From NCBI GenBank assembly GCA_043228905.1, contig JBHGNT010000012.1, forward strand, positions 18,476,001-18,540,000: a stretch of 64,000 nt of DNA. The letters run 5' to 3'. The notes below the pieces were generated by a model, which made no database searches, was not told where the DNA came from, and saw nothing but the letters and a program-made list of their open reading frames with translations. Shown piece by piece: positions 48,812-60,294 of the stretch. Made by a program: the position numbers and the translations under genes. Source of the DNA: Azolla caroliniana. Its lineage: Eukaryota; Plantae; Polypodiophyta. How positions within the stretch are numbered: the first letter of the stretch is position 1; each line of letters starts with the position of its first letter.

Positions 48812-48815
48812 CCGT

Positions 48816-51245
48816 GATGTGCTTTGATCGCTCAGGGGCTCTTGTGGCCCACTTAGCCTTGTGGTAATCGGGCTATCTTCGAACATGTCTTCGAGGCGAT
48901 CTCCACCTTCTCACTCTTATTTGACCAGTTCCGCGTTGATTGGGGTCGAAGTCAGAATCTTCTTTGGTGCGTACCAAGATGCGGATTCGTCGAACACGAA
49001 GTCTCGACTTACTTGAACTTTTCAGGTAGATGGGTTGTAGCATTTGTACCCCTTTTGTTCGAGTGAGTATTCTACGAGGATACACTTCTCCGACTTTGGA
49101 TCTAGCTTTTGCCGCTTTTCGTCGGGTATGTGCACGTATGCTATCGCGCCGAATATCCAGGTGTGCAATAAGTCCGGCTTCTTTCCGAAGTATTTTTCGT
49201 GCGGAGTGACCTCGTGCACTCCGGATGTTGTGCATCGGTTCATTAGGTAGACGGTCGTACTTGTATCTTCGGCCCAATATGACTTGGGCATATGCTTCTC
49301 GTTCATCATGGCCCGCGCTACTTCGAGGATGTGCCAATTTTTGCGCTCAGCTACTCCGTTTTGTTGTGGAGTGTGTCGGTAGGTGAATTCTCTCCGAATT
49401 CCTTCCTTTCGGAGATACATCATGAAATTGTCCGAGAAGTACTCCTTGCCGCCATCCGATCAAAGGCATCGTACATGAAGACTAGTGGCTTTTTCGACTT
49501 CGTTTTTAAACCTTTGGAAGTGTCTGAACACTTCGCTCTTTTGCCGCATTGGATAGAGCCACATGTGCCTGGAGAAGTCGTCAATGAAGAGCACGTAATA
49601 TCAGCCTCCGCTGAATGTAGACGTCTGCGCCGGTCCCCATACGTCGGAATGGACTACGTCGAGTAGGCCTTTGCTAACGTTCCGCTCTTTCGGGAATGGG
49701 TGTCGGTGTTGCTTGCCGAATTGGCATGCTTCGCATACACCTTCAATCTCCTTCTCTTTGAATGTCGGGAGTCCGATGACGACTCCTTTTGATTTCATTG
49801 CTTTGAGTTTGTTGAGATTGATGTGGCTGATTCGCTTGTGCCATAGCTCTATGTCGGAGTCGGCTTTCGTGCTTTTTGCGAACATGGCAGATTTCATCTC
49901 GTATGAATCGAGAATGAACATCCGGCCCTCTCTTCTTCCGCGCGCAATGATTCGGCCCTCTTTTTCGATGAAGCACCCTTATTGGTCGAATCATACTTGT
50001 ATCCCTTGCTCAATCATTTGGCCGACCCAGACCAAATTCTTCGTGATGGTGGGAACATGCAAGACATTTTTAATGTATGTTTTCTTACCTCTTTCGCCGA
50101 ATGGAACATTGTTGATGTGCCGAATCGGGTGCATAGTGTCATCTCCGGTTTCGACATAATCGAGTGCTCCGTCTCTTGAAGTTCGAGAAACCATTCTTTA
50201 TGAGATGTCATATGGTTTGAGGCTCCGGAGTCAACAAACCATACGTCCTCTGGATTGAGGGCACTAGTTGAGGTAGAGGCCGACATAGAGTTTGCTCTAT
50301 GTTTCATCATGACATTCCGCCATGGTCGGACTTGTGTGCATACATTCCGCCACGATCTTCGTAGTCGGAGTTCTGCCTGTACATTCCGCTATACTCTTCG
50401 TAGTCGGAATTGTGCGCGTAATTCGTGAGTTGTCGGCTTGTGGAAGCCGATTCGCGCATCTTCTTTCGGCACTCTTCTTCGTGGTGGCCGAGCTTTCCAC
50501 AATATCCGCATTCGGTTGCGTTTTGTTGGCTTGGGTTGTAGTGGAAGCTCCCCCTTCTTGCGAAGGTTCCTTGTTGGCTTCCATTTTACGGCCGAAATTG
50601 GGAGTTGTTGTCGTAGGTCAGACCTCGTCTGCCTTGTCCTTGGCCGAATCGGCCTCTCGCTTGTCTGCGTCCTCTTCCTCTGTTCGAGTGCGTGTAGACC
50701 ATGTGGCCTTCCGACTCATTGCTCCTTGTACGCACGTGGTTTTCTTCGACCAATAGCATTTATTGGAGCTCGAAGAAGGAGGGAGATTTCTCCCTTGCTA
50801 GAACGACGGTTCGCATCGCGCCAAACCGTGGTGCGAGGCTGCCGAGGCATATTTGCACCATCTCATCATCATCGATATTTATGCTTATCTTCAAGGTGTA
50901 TGTCGTGATGGACATGTCCCTTTGTTGAATGTTGTTCAACTCTTGGCGGAGTTGAAGCCTTCTTACAGTTGTATTCACCGCGAAAATCTTTCGTAGATTT
51001 TCCCATGCCTCCTTCGGCGTCTTGGCTTCGCAAATGTAGCCGAGCATGTGATTGTGAACACATGTCGTCAAGTAATACATCACGCGGTCGCATATCCGGG
51101 AGCCGTTTCGACGGGTCGGTCTTCGTGCGCTCCTTTGATGTAGCTCCAATAGCCTTGTCTGACAAGGTATTAGTGCATTTTGTACTCCCAAGATGCGAAG
51201 TTGTTTCGATCCAACTTCTCAGTAGAGAGAGTGCTCCCCATTTGA
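48816..51245 (-). pseudogene. Copia2 gag-protease-integrase, fragmented
   Basis: WFVDSGASNHM, WHKRISH..CEAC, VHSDVWGP, TPQQNGVAERKN, KLDPKSEKC. Confidence 0.92.
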
Positions 51246-51403
51246 GTATTCATTATGTCGATTCTTCTTCTTATTCTTCTTCTCTCTTCGAATGCGAGCT
51301 ATGTAGCGAAGCTACGATAGCAATGAGCCGGTTCTTAGTCGTCGGCGTAGGACACATCACACGCGGATGGGCTAGCTCGAGCTACCAAGTCGGTCTTATA
51401 CCA

Positions 51404-51790
51404 TGTAAAGAATCAAGAGATAGATTCTATGCAGCGGAATAGATATGATTTGTGTGTGTATGAGAGAGAGTGTGTGTGTGAGAGACAAGGAGTAAGACAC
51501 AGAGAATACGCAAGGTAAAGTATATTAACAAAGGAGAAAGACTCAACATTATACAAGGTGGGAGGAGGGTGCTTTATATAGTCACCCTCTCTCTTCATTA
51601 ACTACAAGACTCATGGAGCATGGGGAATGTGAAAGCTCATAAGTTATGTGTCATAGAATATGATTCTATGACTCATACTAAATGCTAAAATACAAAGTGG
51701 TGACATAATGGCGACTCTTGACCGTTGGAGTGTCTATTCACTCTCAAGGTGAGTTCACACACTAGACCAAGTTGAGCTTGATTCTCAACA
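51404..51790 (-). repeat. 5' LTR of Copia2
   Basis: Direct repeat of 12711-13101. Confidence 0.95.
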
Positions 51791-51875
51791 CGTGCTCTAA
51801 TGCCACAAATTTATTCTTGCGCATGTCGAGCTCAGAAAGAACACGCATATATTCTTGTTTTCTCACGGATTCCAT
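51791..51875 (-). pseudogene. Element C gag N-terminus
   Basis: MESVRKQEYMRVLSELDMRKNKFVALEH, homologous to MATVSAQEYQSVFSELQCLKEKFVALEQ of A. Confidence 0.8.
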
Positions 51876-51957
51876 AGCTTACGAGGGGAGAGGAGAAGAA
51901 AGAAGAGAACTTGTTAGGGTTCATGGAAGAGGGAGAAATGAATAAATTGGTTCAAAC

Positions 51958-52298
51958 TGTCAAGACAAAGAAGAGAGAGAGAGAATTGAAAGGAAAGTAT
52001 TGTATTGGACGGGATTGGACTATAAGATGGATTACAAAGAGTAGGCAATATGGAGCTATAGAATGACGTTGAACCAATTTGGTTTTGGGATGATTAATAA
52101 ATCCCTATTTATAAGTCCCAATAGAGTATTCTAGAAGGTTCTAGAATATAGAGTAATCTAGAATATTCTAGAAGGTTTTAGTATATAGAACACTCTAGAA
52201 TATTTTAGGACATTCTAGAATGTATAGTAATCTAGAATATTCTTATGATATTGGATTATATATTTTAAAAACTATATATATAAACATATCATTATAAT
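51958..52298 (-). repeat. 5' LTR of element C, truncated at its U3 end
   Basis: Matches the left LTR up to ~7708; the last ~70 bp are absent. PBS at 51944-51957. Confidence 0.85.
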
Positions 52299-53082
52299 CA
52301 TAGAATGAACCATATAAAGAGCTTTTTGTGCCTCTCTCTCTCTCTCACTCTCTCTCTCTGTGCAACGACATAGAAACAGTCATACGCAGGTATTCAGCAA
52401 GACTCGAATGCTTCTTGATCTTCTGCATTGACGACATTGTCTCCAACATCTGGTATCAGAGCCTGCACAGCAGTCGGTCCTTCAATCCGCTGTCGGCCGT
52501 CGTCTCTGCATTCGGTTTCCTGCGTCATTCGAAGAAGAGAGAAGAAGAAGAAAAACCAGGTTTGCATCTCATCGCGTTAGATCATCTTTGCTTGGAGTAA
52601 GCCAGCAGGTTGTACTCCGTTCCTTGTGATCGTAACCGCTCGAGGTGAAATCCCCTTGTGCAACATTGACACGATCGTGCTCCATTCGGTTAAACGGCAT
52701 CCGAAGTAGTCAACAAACGCTGCTCGCCGCTCGTTGTAACCACTCGGTGCAGATCGGTCTCAAGACAACAACCCCAAATTCGTGCTTCATCTGGCTGATC
52801 GACATTCGGGAGGATTAGTTGGATCCGTCTCTCTCGTCGCTGCAGTCACCCGAAGCAGAATCGGTCCAGATAATCGGTTTCAATAATCGGTATTCGGCAA
52901 CATTCGGGAAGACCAGTCGGTTCTGTCCCTCAAGCTACCGAAGTCAATTCGAGCAAGTTCCGAAGCCGAACCGACTCGGGTTCAAATCCGACTAGAACGA
53001 TATCGGGTGAGCCAACCGGCTGCACCCCAACAAGGTTCGTAGTCAACTCCGAACCGAGCTTCGTCAACCGAAACCGAATTTG

Positions 53083-55489
53083 ATGGCATCAACATCCGGC
53101 TCGTCAGAAATGAGTCTCTGAAAGTTCGATGGATCGAACTTCAACTTCTGGAAGGAACAAATGCAGGACTATCTCATAGTCAAGGGGCAAATCGATCCCA
53201 TCGAAAATGAAGAACCTCCAGAAGGATACAAACCAATTGAGTGGCAGAAGCTGGACAGAATCGTCCGCGCCACGATTCGGATGCACCTATCGGAATCGGT
53301 ATACTTTACGGTGCAATCGTGTACGACAGCATTCGAACTGTGGAAAACACTGTCGGACACTTACGAAAAGAAGGTCGCCGCAACAAAGATGTTTCTGATC
53401 CGGCGCCTCTACAACTTGCGGATGAAAGAATCCGACTCGGTTCAAGCACACCTCAATGAGTACGAAAGCATAAGCTCCCAAATCTCGTCACAGGGGACGG
53501 CAATCGAGGATGAACTCAGAGCAATGATACTCATGAGTAGCCTTCCCTCATCATGGGAAACTTTCGTCACAACCGTGTGCAACGCGTCAACCACGGCTGT
53601 TAAATACTCCGAAGTCACGAGCGCAATCCTGACCGAAGCAGCTCGGAGAAAGTCTTTCGCCAAAGACTCAACAGACGACGCTTATGTAGTACAAGGTTCG
53701 ACAGACCGATCGAACATACGAGGAAGAGATTCCTCACGGCCGCCGAACAATCAGCGAAGACGGAGCCAGTCACGGGATAACCGAATCTACAACTATTGCA
53801 AGAAACCCGGACACATCAAAGCCGACTGCCGCGCACTCAAGAACAAGAACAACAAGAAGAGTGGCCGGCATGAGGAGATCAATTACGTCAGCTTCTCAGC
53901 TGATGTACTACCGGACGACCCGAATATACTATCAATCGAAAATCCAGTCGGATCAGAAGTTCTGCTCACGACTGAAGAATCGAGCACATGGCTCTTGGAT
54001 TCGGGCGCGTCATTTCACGTGACTCCTCATCGATCCCAATTTCGGCAATATACGATCCGTCACTCCGACTCAGTTCGAGTCGGCAACTCACAACACTGTG
54101 ACATCATCGGAATCGGCACAGTAGAGCTCAACCTTGCAGGCGGCTCTACACTTGTACTCCACAATGTCCGACATGTACCCGAGCTCTCAAGGCCATTGAT
54201 CTCAGTCGGACAACTAGATGAAGACGGCATTCGTGCCGGCTTTTCTTCGGGAGGGTGGACACTCCACAGGGGGAACCTCCTGCTTGCTAGAGGACCCAAG
54301 ATACACTCCCTGTATCCGTTACATGTTACGCTCAGAGAGGGTAACCTGTTTTTGGTGGATATTCCTGTGTCATCACTATGGCACAGAAGATTAGGACACC
54401 TCAGCAAGGCCGGCATCACGCACCTATCTAGAGCCGGATACATCCCCAAACTCTCCTTCTCGGACCATCAATTCTGCGAGCATTGCCAGTATGGCAAACA
54501 AGCAGCCGCATCACACCCGACATCAGCACCCAGAGAAACGAGACCTCTCGATTTAGTCCACTCGGACGTCTGTGGCCCAATGCCGCATCAGTCTCTAGGC
54601 GGTGCCTCTTACTTCGTCACTTTTATTGACGATTCGACTCGAAAGGTGTGGGCTTATCCAATTCGCACCAAAGATCGGGTCTTCTCGATATTCTCAGATT
54701 GGCTCGCTATGGTAGAAAATCAAACCGACCGAAAGCTGAAATGCCTTCGGACAGACAATGGGGGAGAGTTCAAATCAGAAGAATTCGTCAAATTCTGCCG
54801 ACAACGCGGCATCCGACGTGAATTTACGGCACCACACAGTCCGGAGCAAAACGGGATTGCCGAACGCATGAATCGGACAATCCAAGAACGGATAGTTTCC
54901 ATGCTCCAACACTCCGGACTGTCGGATGGCTTCTGGGCAGAGGCTCTACTCACGGCAGTACACATAATCAATATGTCGCCAAGTAGACCTCTAGGACTTC
55001 AAATTCCTCAGGAACTATGGATCGGCAGTAAGCCGAATTACGACAAGCTGAGGATCTTCGGATGCGAGGCGTACGCCCTTATTCCGAAAGATGATCGCCG
55101 AAAACTTGCACCTCGGTCCAGGAAATGCATTTTCCTTGGATATGGATCTGACGGCGAAATGGGATACCGACTCTGGGATCCCGAACGCAGACAAATCGTC
55201 CGAAGTTCGGACGTTGTGTTCAACGAGTCGGCTATGAACCCATCAGTCGAAAAACCAATCGAAGTCCGAAGGGTAACATTTTCCGATGTGCCGACCCTTC
55301 AAGAAGGCCCCGCTCTCAACACACGGTCAGCTTCACGGGTAGCTGAACCTTACACTACCGACTCGGACAACTCCGACTCGGCACAGCAGAACAATCCGCT
55401 TTCGGACCATCCGACCTCGATACCCGATGCGACCAGTCCAATCATACCTCGCCGATCCGAGAGACTGTCGCAACCTCCGGAGAGGTATT
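53083..55489 (+). pseudogene. Copia3 Gag-PR-IN (ATG 53083, premature TGA ~53119, open from 53161)
   Basis: KFDGSNFNFWK, WLLDSGASFH, WHRRLGH..CEHC, VHSDVCGPM, PEQNGIAERMN. Confidence 0.92.
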
Positions 55490-56180
55490 TGTCGAACACC
55501 GCGCTCGGCCACAACCGAGAAATAGGATCAAATCACAGAAAACAGGAAATACGAAATGCTCCAAGACTACAGAGAGAAGAGTACACAGGATATTTTACGT
55601 GGAAAACCCTAAATGGGAAAAACCACGGGAGTCCTCAAACTCCAACTCACACTATACACAGAGATGTACAATGGTGAAGCTTCAAGGCAACAACCTTGAG
55701 CTCACTGTCTTCGCCACAGGCGGCGGCAATACACAGAGGCGTCGACCTCTTCCTTTCTCTCTCTCTCTCTCTCGGCTGCTCTCACTTCGCTCTCTCGGCT
55801 AGAACATAGAATGAGCAACAACAACAAACTGTTTGCCCTAAGTCATATTTATACACATATGACTTTTCGGGCTATTTACAAATATAGCCACAAGGGCCCT
55901 TGGCAAACATATTCACAAATATGTCCCCGCATCCGGATCTCTCTCCGGGTACATTCATCATCCGGCTCCGTGGCCGGGTCTTCTCTTTGTCATCCGGCTC
56001 CGTAGCCGGGGTCTTCATCATCCGGCTCCGTAGCCGGGGTCTACAGCATCCGGCTCCGTAACCGGGTACTCTTCATTCGGCTTCATGCCGGGTACTCTGA
56101 TCCTACGGTTCCGTAACAGCCTCCGGGCTTGCCGTCATTCATCTCCGGACATCCCATCCGGAGGGACCGAAATCCCAACA
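55490..56180 (-). repeat. 3' LTR of Copia4 with CATCCGGCTCCGTAGCCGGG repeats
   Basis: Direct repeat of 60295-60985. Confidence 0.97.
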
Positions 56181-56190
56181 AACTCCCCCT

Positions 56191-59100
56191 TCACTTCGGC
56201 ATGGGATGTCTCTCCAACCCGATCCTCTTCCGGCATGCTTCCAGCTTGTCGGGTGTGAGCACCTTGGTCAGCATATCCGACCCGTTCTCGTCCGTGTGGA
56301 TCTTCGTCAACACGAACTCCTCGTCTTCTATCCTCTCCCGGATCCAGTGGTATCTTCGCTGGATGTGTTTCGTCCGGGAATGGTAGGCCGCATTCTTCGC
56401 AAGGTGGATGGCACTCTGACTATCGCAATAGAGTCGGTACTCCTCCTGCCGGATACCGAGCTCTCTAATGAAGTCCTTCATCCATATTATTTCCTTGCCG
56501 GCTTCAACAGCCGCCATGTACTCCGCCTCCGTGGTTGACAACGCAACCGTCTTCTGCAGCCTCGACTGCCACGAAACAGCTCCCCCTGCATACGTCATCA
56601 CATACCCTGATGTGGACCGGCTGGTATCTGCATCAGCTGACATATCCGAATCGGTGAAGCCGTCGAGTTCGGGTTTACCGGAGCCGAATCGGAGGCACAC
56701 GTTTGCCGTGCCCTTCAGGTATCGGAGTATCCACTTGGCCGCGTTCCAATGCTCTTTACCGGGATTGCTCATGTACCGGCTCACCACTCCGACTGCGTAT
56801 CCAATGTCCGGTCTTGTACACACCATTGCGTACATCAAGCTTCCGACAGCAGAGGCATATGGTACTTTCATCATATCCTCCTTTTCAGCCTTTGTCTTGG
56901 GACTTTGCTTGCTGGACAGCTTGCAGTTTGCCGGGAGGGTCGATCCGACCGGTCTTGCTTCCGACATGTTGAACCGTTGAAGCACCTTTGTCACATACTT
57001 CTCCTGTGACAGCCACAACTGCTTCTTCTTCCGGTCCCGGATGATGTGCATCCCCAGTATTTGCCTTGCCGGACCCAGGTCCTTCATAGAGAAGGTTCGG
57101 TGAAGAGCTTTCTTCAGCATCCGTATCTTGACCTGGTCCCATCCGACGATCAACATGTCGTCCACGTACAGGAGGAGTATTAGAAAGTCTCCTCCTTCAA
57201 ACTTCTTCACAAACACGCAGTGATCGGACTGCGTTTTGTGGTACCCTTCGTCTGTCATGAAGGAGTCGAACTTCCGGTACCATTGCCGGGGAGCCTGCTT
57301 CAGACCGTAAAGGCTCTTCTTCAACCGGCATACCAGGTGCTCCTTCCCTTTCTTCTCGAATCCTTCCGGTTGCTGCATGTAGATCTCTTCTTCGAGGTCA
57401 CCGTGAAGGAATGCCGTCTTCACGTCCATCTGTTCTATCTCGAGGTCCATGCTTGCCGCTATGCTCAGCACCGTCCGGATGGAGGTCATCTTCACTACCG
57501 GGGCAAATATCTCGTCGAAGTCGACGCCCTTCTTCTGCTGAAACCCCTTCACCACGATCCTGGCTTTGTATCTCGGGGGGTTTCCGGCATCTCCCGGTTT
57601 CAGTTTGAACACCCACTTGTTACGGAGTGCCCGTTTTCCTTTCGGCAGCTCCACCAGTTCATATGTGTGGTTCTCATGCAGGGAATCCATCTCGTCCTGC
57701 ATGGCACTCAACCACCTGCGGCTCTGGGTGTCATGCTTTGCTTCTTCAAAGCTCTCCGGCTCCCCCTCGTCGGTTAGCAGCACGTGCTCTGGTTCCGGAA
57801 ATCTCCGGGGGGCCCTTCTCTCCCTTAGAGGATATCTCCGTTCCGGAGCTTCGGTAACCGGTTCTTCCGATTCTTCTTCATCCGAATCCATTTCGGAATC
57901 GGGGCCGGTCCCGGTATCATTTTCATCTTCTTCGGCCGGTTCTGTTTCTTCACCGTCTTCGGCCGGATCCTCGAGTGCTAACCGGTCCCTTGCCGGTCGG
58001 GACTGCTCCTCGTAGAGTTGATCCTCACCGGTCGACTTGGAGCTCTTCATCTTCTTCTCCGACTCCAAGTCGGCGAGTGTCTTGTCCTCCATGAAGATGA
58101 TGTCTCGACTCCTGAATATCTTCTTGTCAACCGGGTCCCATACTCGGTAGCCGAACTCGTCGTCGCCGTAACCGAGGAATATGCATGGCCGGGTCTTTGG
58201 ATCTAGCTTTCCTCTCCGGTCCTTTGCCACATGCACGTAGGCGAGACACCCGAACACCTTCAGGTGCCGGTAGGACACTTCCTTACCGGTCCACACTTTC
58301 TGCGGCGTGTCCCCGTCCAAAGGTACTGAGGGTGATCTGTTTATTACGTATGTCGCCGTCGACATTGCCTCAGCCCAAAACCCCTTGGGTAATTTCGCAT
58401 GCGCCAGCATACTCCGGACCCTCTCCATTATGGTCCGGTTCATCCTCTCGGCCAGCCCGTTCAGTTCCGGCGTCTTCGGCACTGTAAACTCGAGCCGGAT
58501 TCCCTTTGAGCGACAGTACTCCTGGAACTGCCCCCGGTATTCCCCTCCGTTATCCGCTCGTATCGCTTTCAGCTCCTTGCCGGATTCCCTTTCCACTCTC
58601 GCGTGAAGTTCTTTGAAGACGGACAACACTTGGTCCTTTGTCTTCATCGGTGCCGTCCACAGTCTTCGGCTATGATCATCTATGAAAGTTACGAAGTACT
58701 GGGCTCCGCCATGTGACTTCGTTTCTACCTGACACACATCAGTGTGCACCAGCTCCAATGGTGCGCTACGTCTCGTCGGTGGCCTTGAGTGGAAGGAGGC
58801 TCGGTTCTGCTTACCGGCCAGGCAATCGGTGCACTTCTCCAGGTGCACATGCTTCACTGGAATGAGGTTGTCTTCTGCAAGCCTCTTCATCCCCTTCTCG
58901 CTCATATGGCACAGTCTCTTGTGCCACAGCTCACCGGCAGTGTCAGCTGCCACGTTCAGCTCCTCCGGACATAGCCGGGAATTCATCAGGTACAGTGTGT
59001 TGACCTTCCGGGCCCGAGCCACTATCAGGCTCCCTTTGCTGAACTTCATGACACCGTTCCGGATGCTACCCGTGTAGCCTTCATCGTCTAGCCTCCCAGC

Positions 59101-60264
59101 CGAAATCAGGTTCAATCGAACCTCCGGAACGTGTCGGACATCCTTCAGCAGCATCTTGCATCCGGTTGATGTCATCAACCACACGTCTCCTATGCCGGCA
59201 ATCCGGCATGTACCTTCATTTCCCATCCGGACAAAACCGTGCTCGCCGGCTGTGTAGGATGAGAAGTATTTCTTCTCCGGGGTCAGGTGGAACGACGCTC
59301 CGGAATCGACCACCCAGGTCATCTCTACACCGGCAAGGTTCAGCTCCCTCTCTTCGGTAATGAGCATTATCTCTTCTTCACTTGCCGCGAGTGCTGTCGT
59401 TCCTTTCCGGTCCTGCCCTCGCCGATCCGGACCTCTCCGGTCCGTGGCTCCCCGGTATGCACCGTTTCTCTCCGGTGACTTCTTCGAATCGGTGTCGTCG
59501 GCTCCGTTGTCCTTTCGGTAATGCCGACAATTCTTCCGGAAGTGCCCCGGCTTCCCACAGTGGAAGCATGTGGGCCTTCCTCTTGACTGCGACCAGGTCC
59601 CCGACTTCTCCCGTCTTTGCGGACTCCGGTTCCATTGTCTTCCCCGATCCGATTCGGTAAGCAGCGCCTTCGAGTCGGAGGCCGGTTCTTTATCTCTCCG
59701 ACGCGCTTCTTCGTTCAAAATACTTGTCTTTACCGTTTGTAAGGACAAGTTATCTTCGGTGCAGGAGGTGCTGAGAGTCACCACCAAGTTCTCCCAGCTG
59801 TCCGGCAATGTACACATCAGGATGATGGCTTGCATTGCATCCTCCAACGGGAACTTGATCGCCGCAAGCTGGTTCACGAATCCCATGAACGTGCTTACGT
59901 GTTCCACCATACTCTCGCCGTCCCGGTACTTGAGGTTCACTATCTTTCTCATCAGGGAGGTCCGGTTCAACGCATTCTTCCTCTCGTAGAGGCCCGACAG
60001 CTTCCTCCACATCTCATATGCGTTGGTGTCGTTCGCCACGTGTTGTAGAACGCTTACATCGACGTATTGCCGAATGGTTGCAACGGCTTTCCGGTTCAGA
60101 AGCCTCCATTCCGTCTCAAGTACCCCCTTCGGTATTTCCGACCTGTCAATCGGTTCGTACAGGTCCCGAACAATCAAAAGATCCTCCATCTTGATCTTCC
60201 AGTCGGCGTAGTTCTGCGCATTCAGCACCATCATTCCCGGCTGCCCGCTGCTGCCGCCTTCCAT
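56191..60264 (-). CDS. Copia4 Gag-Pol polyprotein (1357 aa from ATG 60264)
   Basis: One uninterrupted ORF: CFHCGKPGHFRKNC, VDSGAS, HHCC, DDE, YVDD, TDSD, KHIQRRYHWIRE. Confidence 0.97.
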   Translation of the reverse strand: MEGGSSGQPGMMVLNAQNYADWKIKMEDLLIVRDLYEPIDRSEIPKGVLETEWRLLNRKAVATIRQYVDVSVLQHVANDTNAYEMWRKLSGLYERKNALNRTSLMRKIVNLKYRDGESMVEHVSTFMGFVNQLAAIKFPLEDAMQAIILMCTLPDSWENLVVTLSTSCTEDNLSLQTVKTSILNEEARRRDKEPASDSKALLTESDRGRQWNRSPQRREKSGTWSQSRGRPTCFHCGKPGHFRKNCRHYRKDNGADDTDSKKSPERNGAYRGATDRRGPDRRGQDRKGTTALAASEEEIMLITEERELNLAGVEMTWVVDSGASFHLTPEKKYFSSYTAGEHGFVRMGNEGTCRIAGIGDVWLMTSTGCKMLLKDVRHVPEVRLNLISAGRLDDEGYTGSIRNGVMKFSKGSLIVARARKVNTLYLMNSRLCPEELNVAADTAGELWHKRLCHMSEKGMKRLAEDNLIPVKHVHLEKCTDCLAGKQNRASFHSRPPTRRSAPLELVHTDVCQVETKSHGGAQYFVTFIDDHSRRLWTAPMKTKDQVLSVFKELHARVERESGKELKAIRADNGGEYRGQFQEYCRSKGIRLEFTVPKTPELNGLAERMNRTIMERVRSMLAHAKLPKGFWAEAMSTATYVINRSPSVPLDGDTPQKVWTGKEVSYRHLKVFGCLAYVHVAKDRRGKLDPKTRPCIFLGYGDDEFGYRVWDPVDKKIFRSRDIIFMEDKTLADLESEKKMKSSKSTGEDQLYEEQSRPARDRLALEDPAEDGEETEPAEEDENDTGTGPDSEMDSDEEESEEPVTEAPERRYPLRERRAPRRFPEPEHVLLTDEGEPESFEEAKHDTQSRRWLSAMQDEMDSLHENHTYELVELPKGKRALRNKWVFKLKPGDAGNPPRYKARIVVKGFQQKKGVDFDEIFAPVVKMTSIRTVLSIAASMDLEIEQMDVKTAFLHGDLEEEIYMQQPEGFEKKGKEHLVCRLKKSLYGLKQAPRQWYRKFDSFMTDEGYHKTQSDHCVFVKKFEGGDFLILLLYVDDMLIVGWDQVKIRMLKKALHRTFSMKDLGPARQILGMHIIRDRKKKQLWLSQEKYVTKVLQRFNMSEARPVGSTLPANCKLSSKQSPKTKAEKEDMMKVPYASAVGSLMYAMVCTRPDIGYAVGVVSRYMSNPGKEHWNAAKWILRYLKGTANVCLRFGSGKPELDGFTDSDMSADADTSRSTSGYVMTYAGGAVSWQSRLQKTVALSTTEAEYMAAVEAGKEIIWMKDFIRELGIRQEEYRLYCDSQSAIHLAKNAAYHSRTKHIQRRYHWIRERIEDEEFVLTKIHTDENGSDMLTKVLTPDKLEACRKRIGLERHPMPK

Positions 60265-60294
60265 TTTCTGTGTTACCGTGCTCTGATACCACTT

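Larger units (their letters stand above)
12711..51790 (-). mobile_element. Copia2: degenerate Ty1/Copia element inserted in gag of C
   Basis: LTRs 12711-13101 and 51404-51790. Degenerate TSD CATGG/CGTGC; removing the element restores collinearity of C gag with A gag. PBS-like TGGTATAAGAC (-, 51393-51403). PPT complement CACCCCCTCAAG at 13102. Confidence 0.92.
2234..52298 (-). mobile_element. Element C: old Ty3/Gypsy chromovirus (Tcn1-like), outermost host of the nest
   Basis: Homologous LTRs at ~2234/2544-7780 and 51958-~52298. PPT complement CTATCCCCCTTC at 7781. Gag-PR-RT-RH-IN-chromodomain fragments. Gag rejoins across Copia2. Confidence 0.9.
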
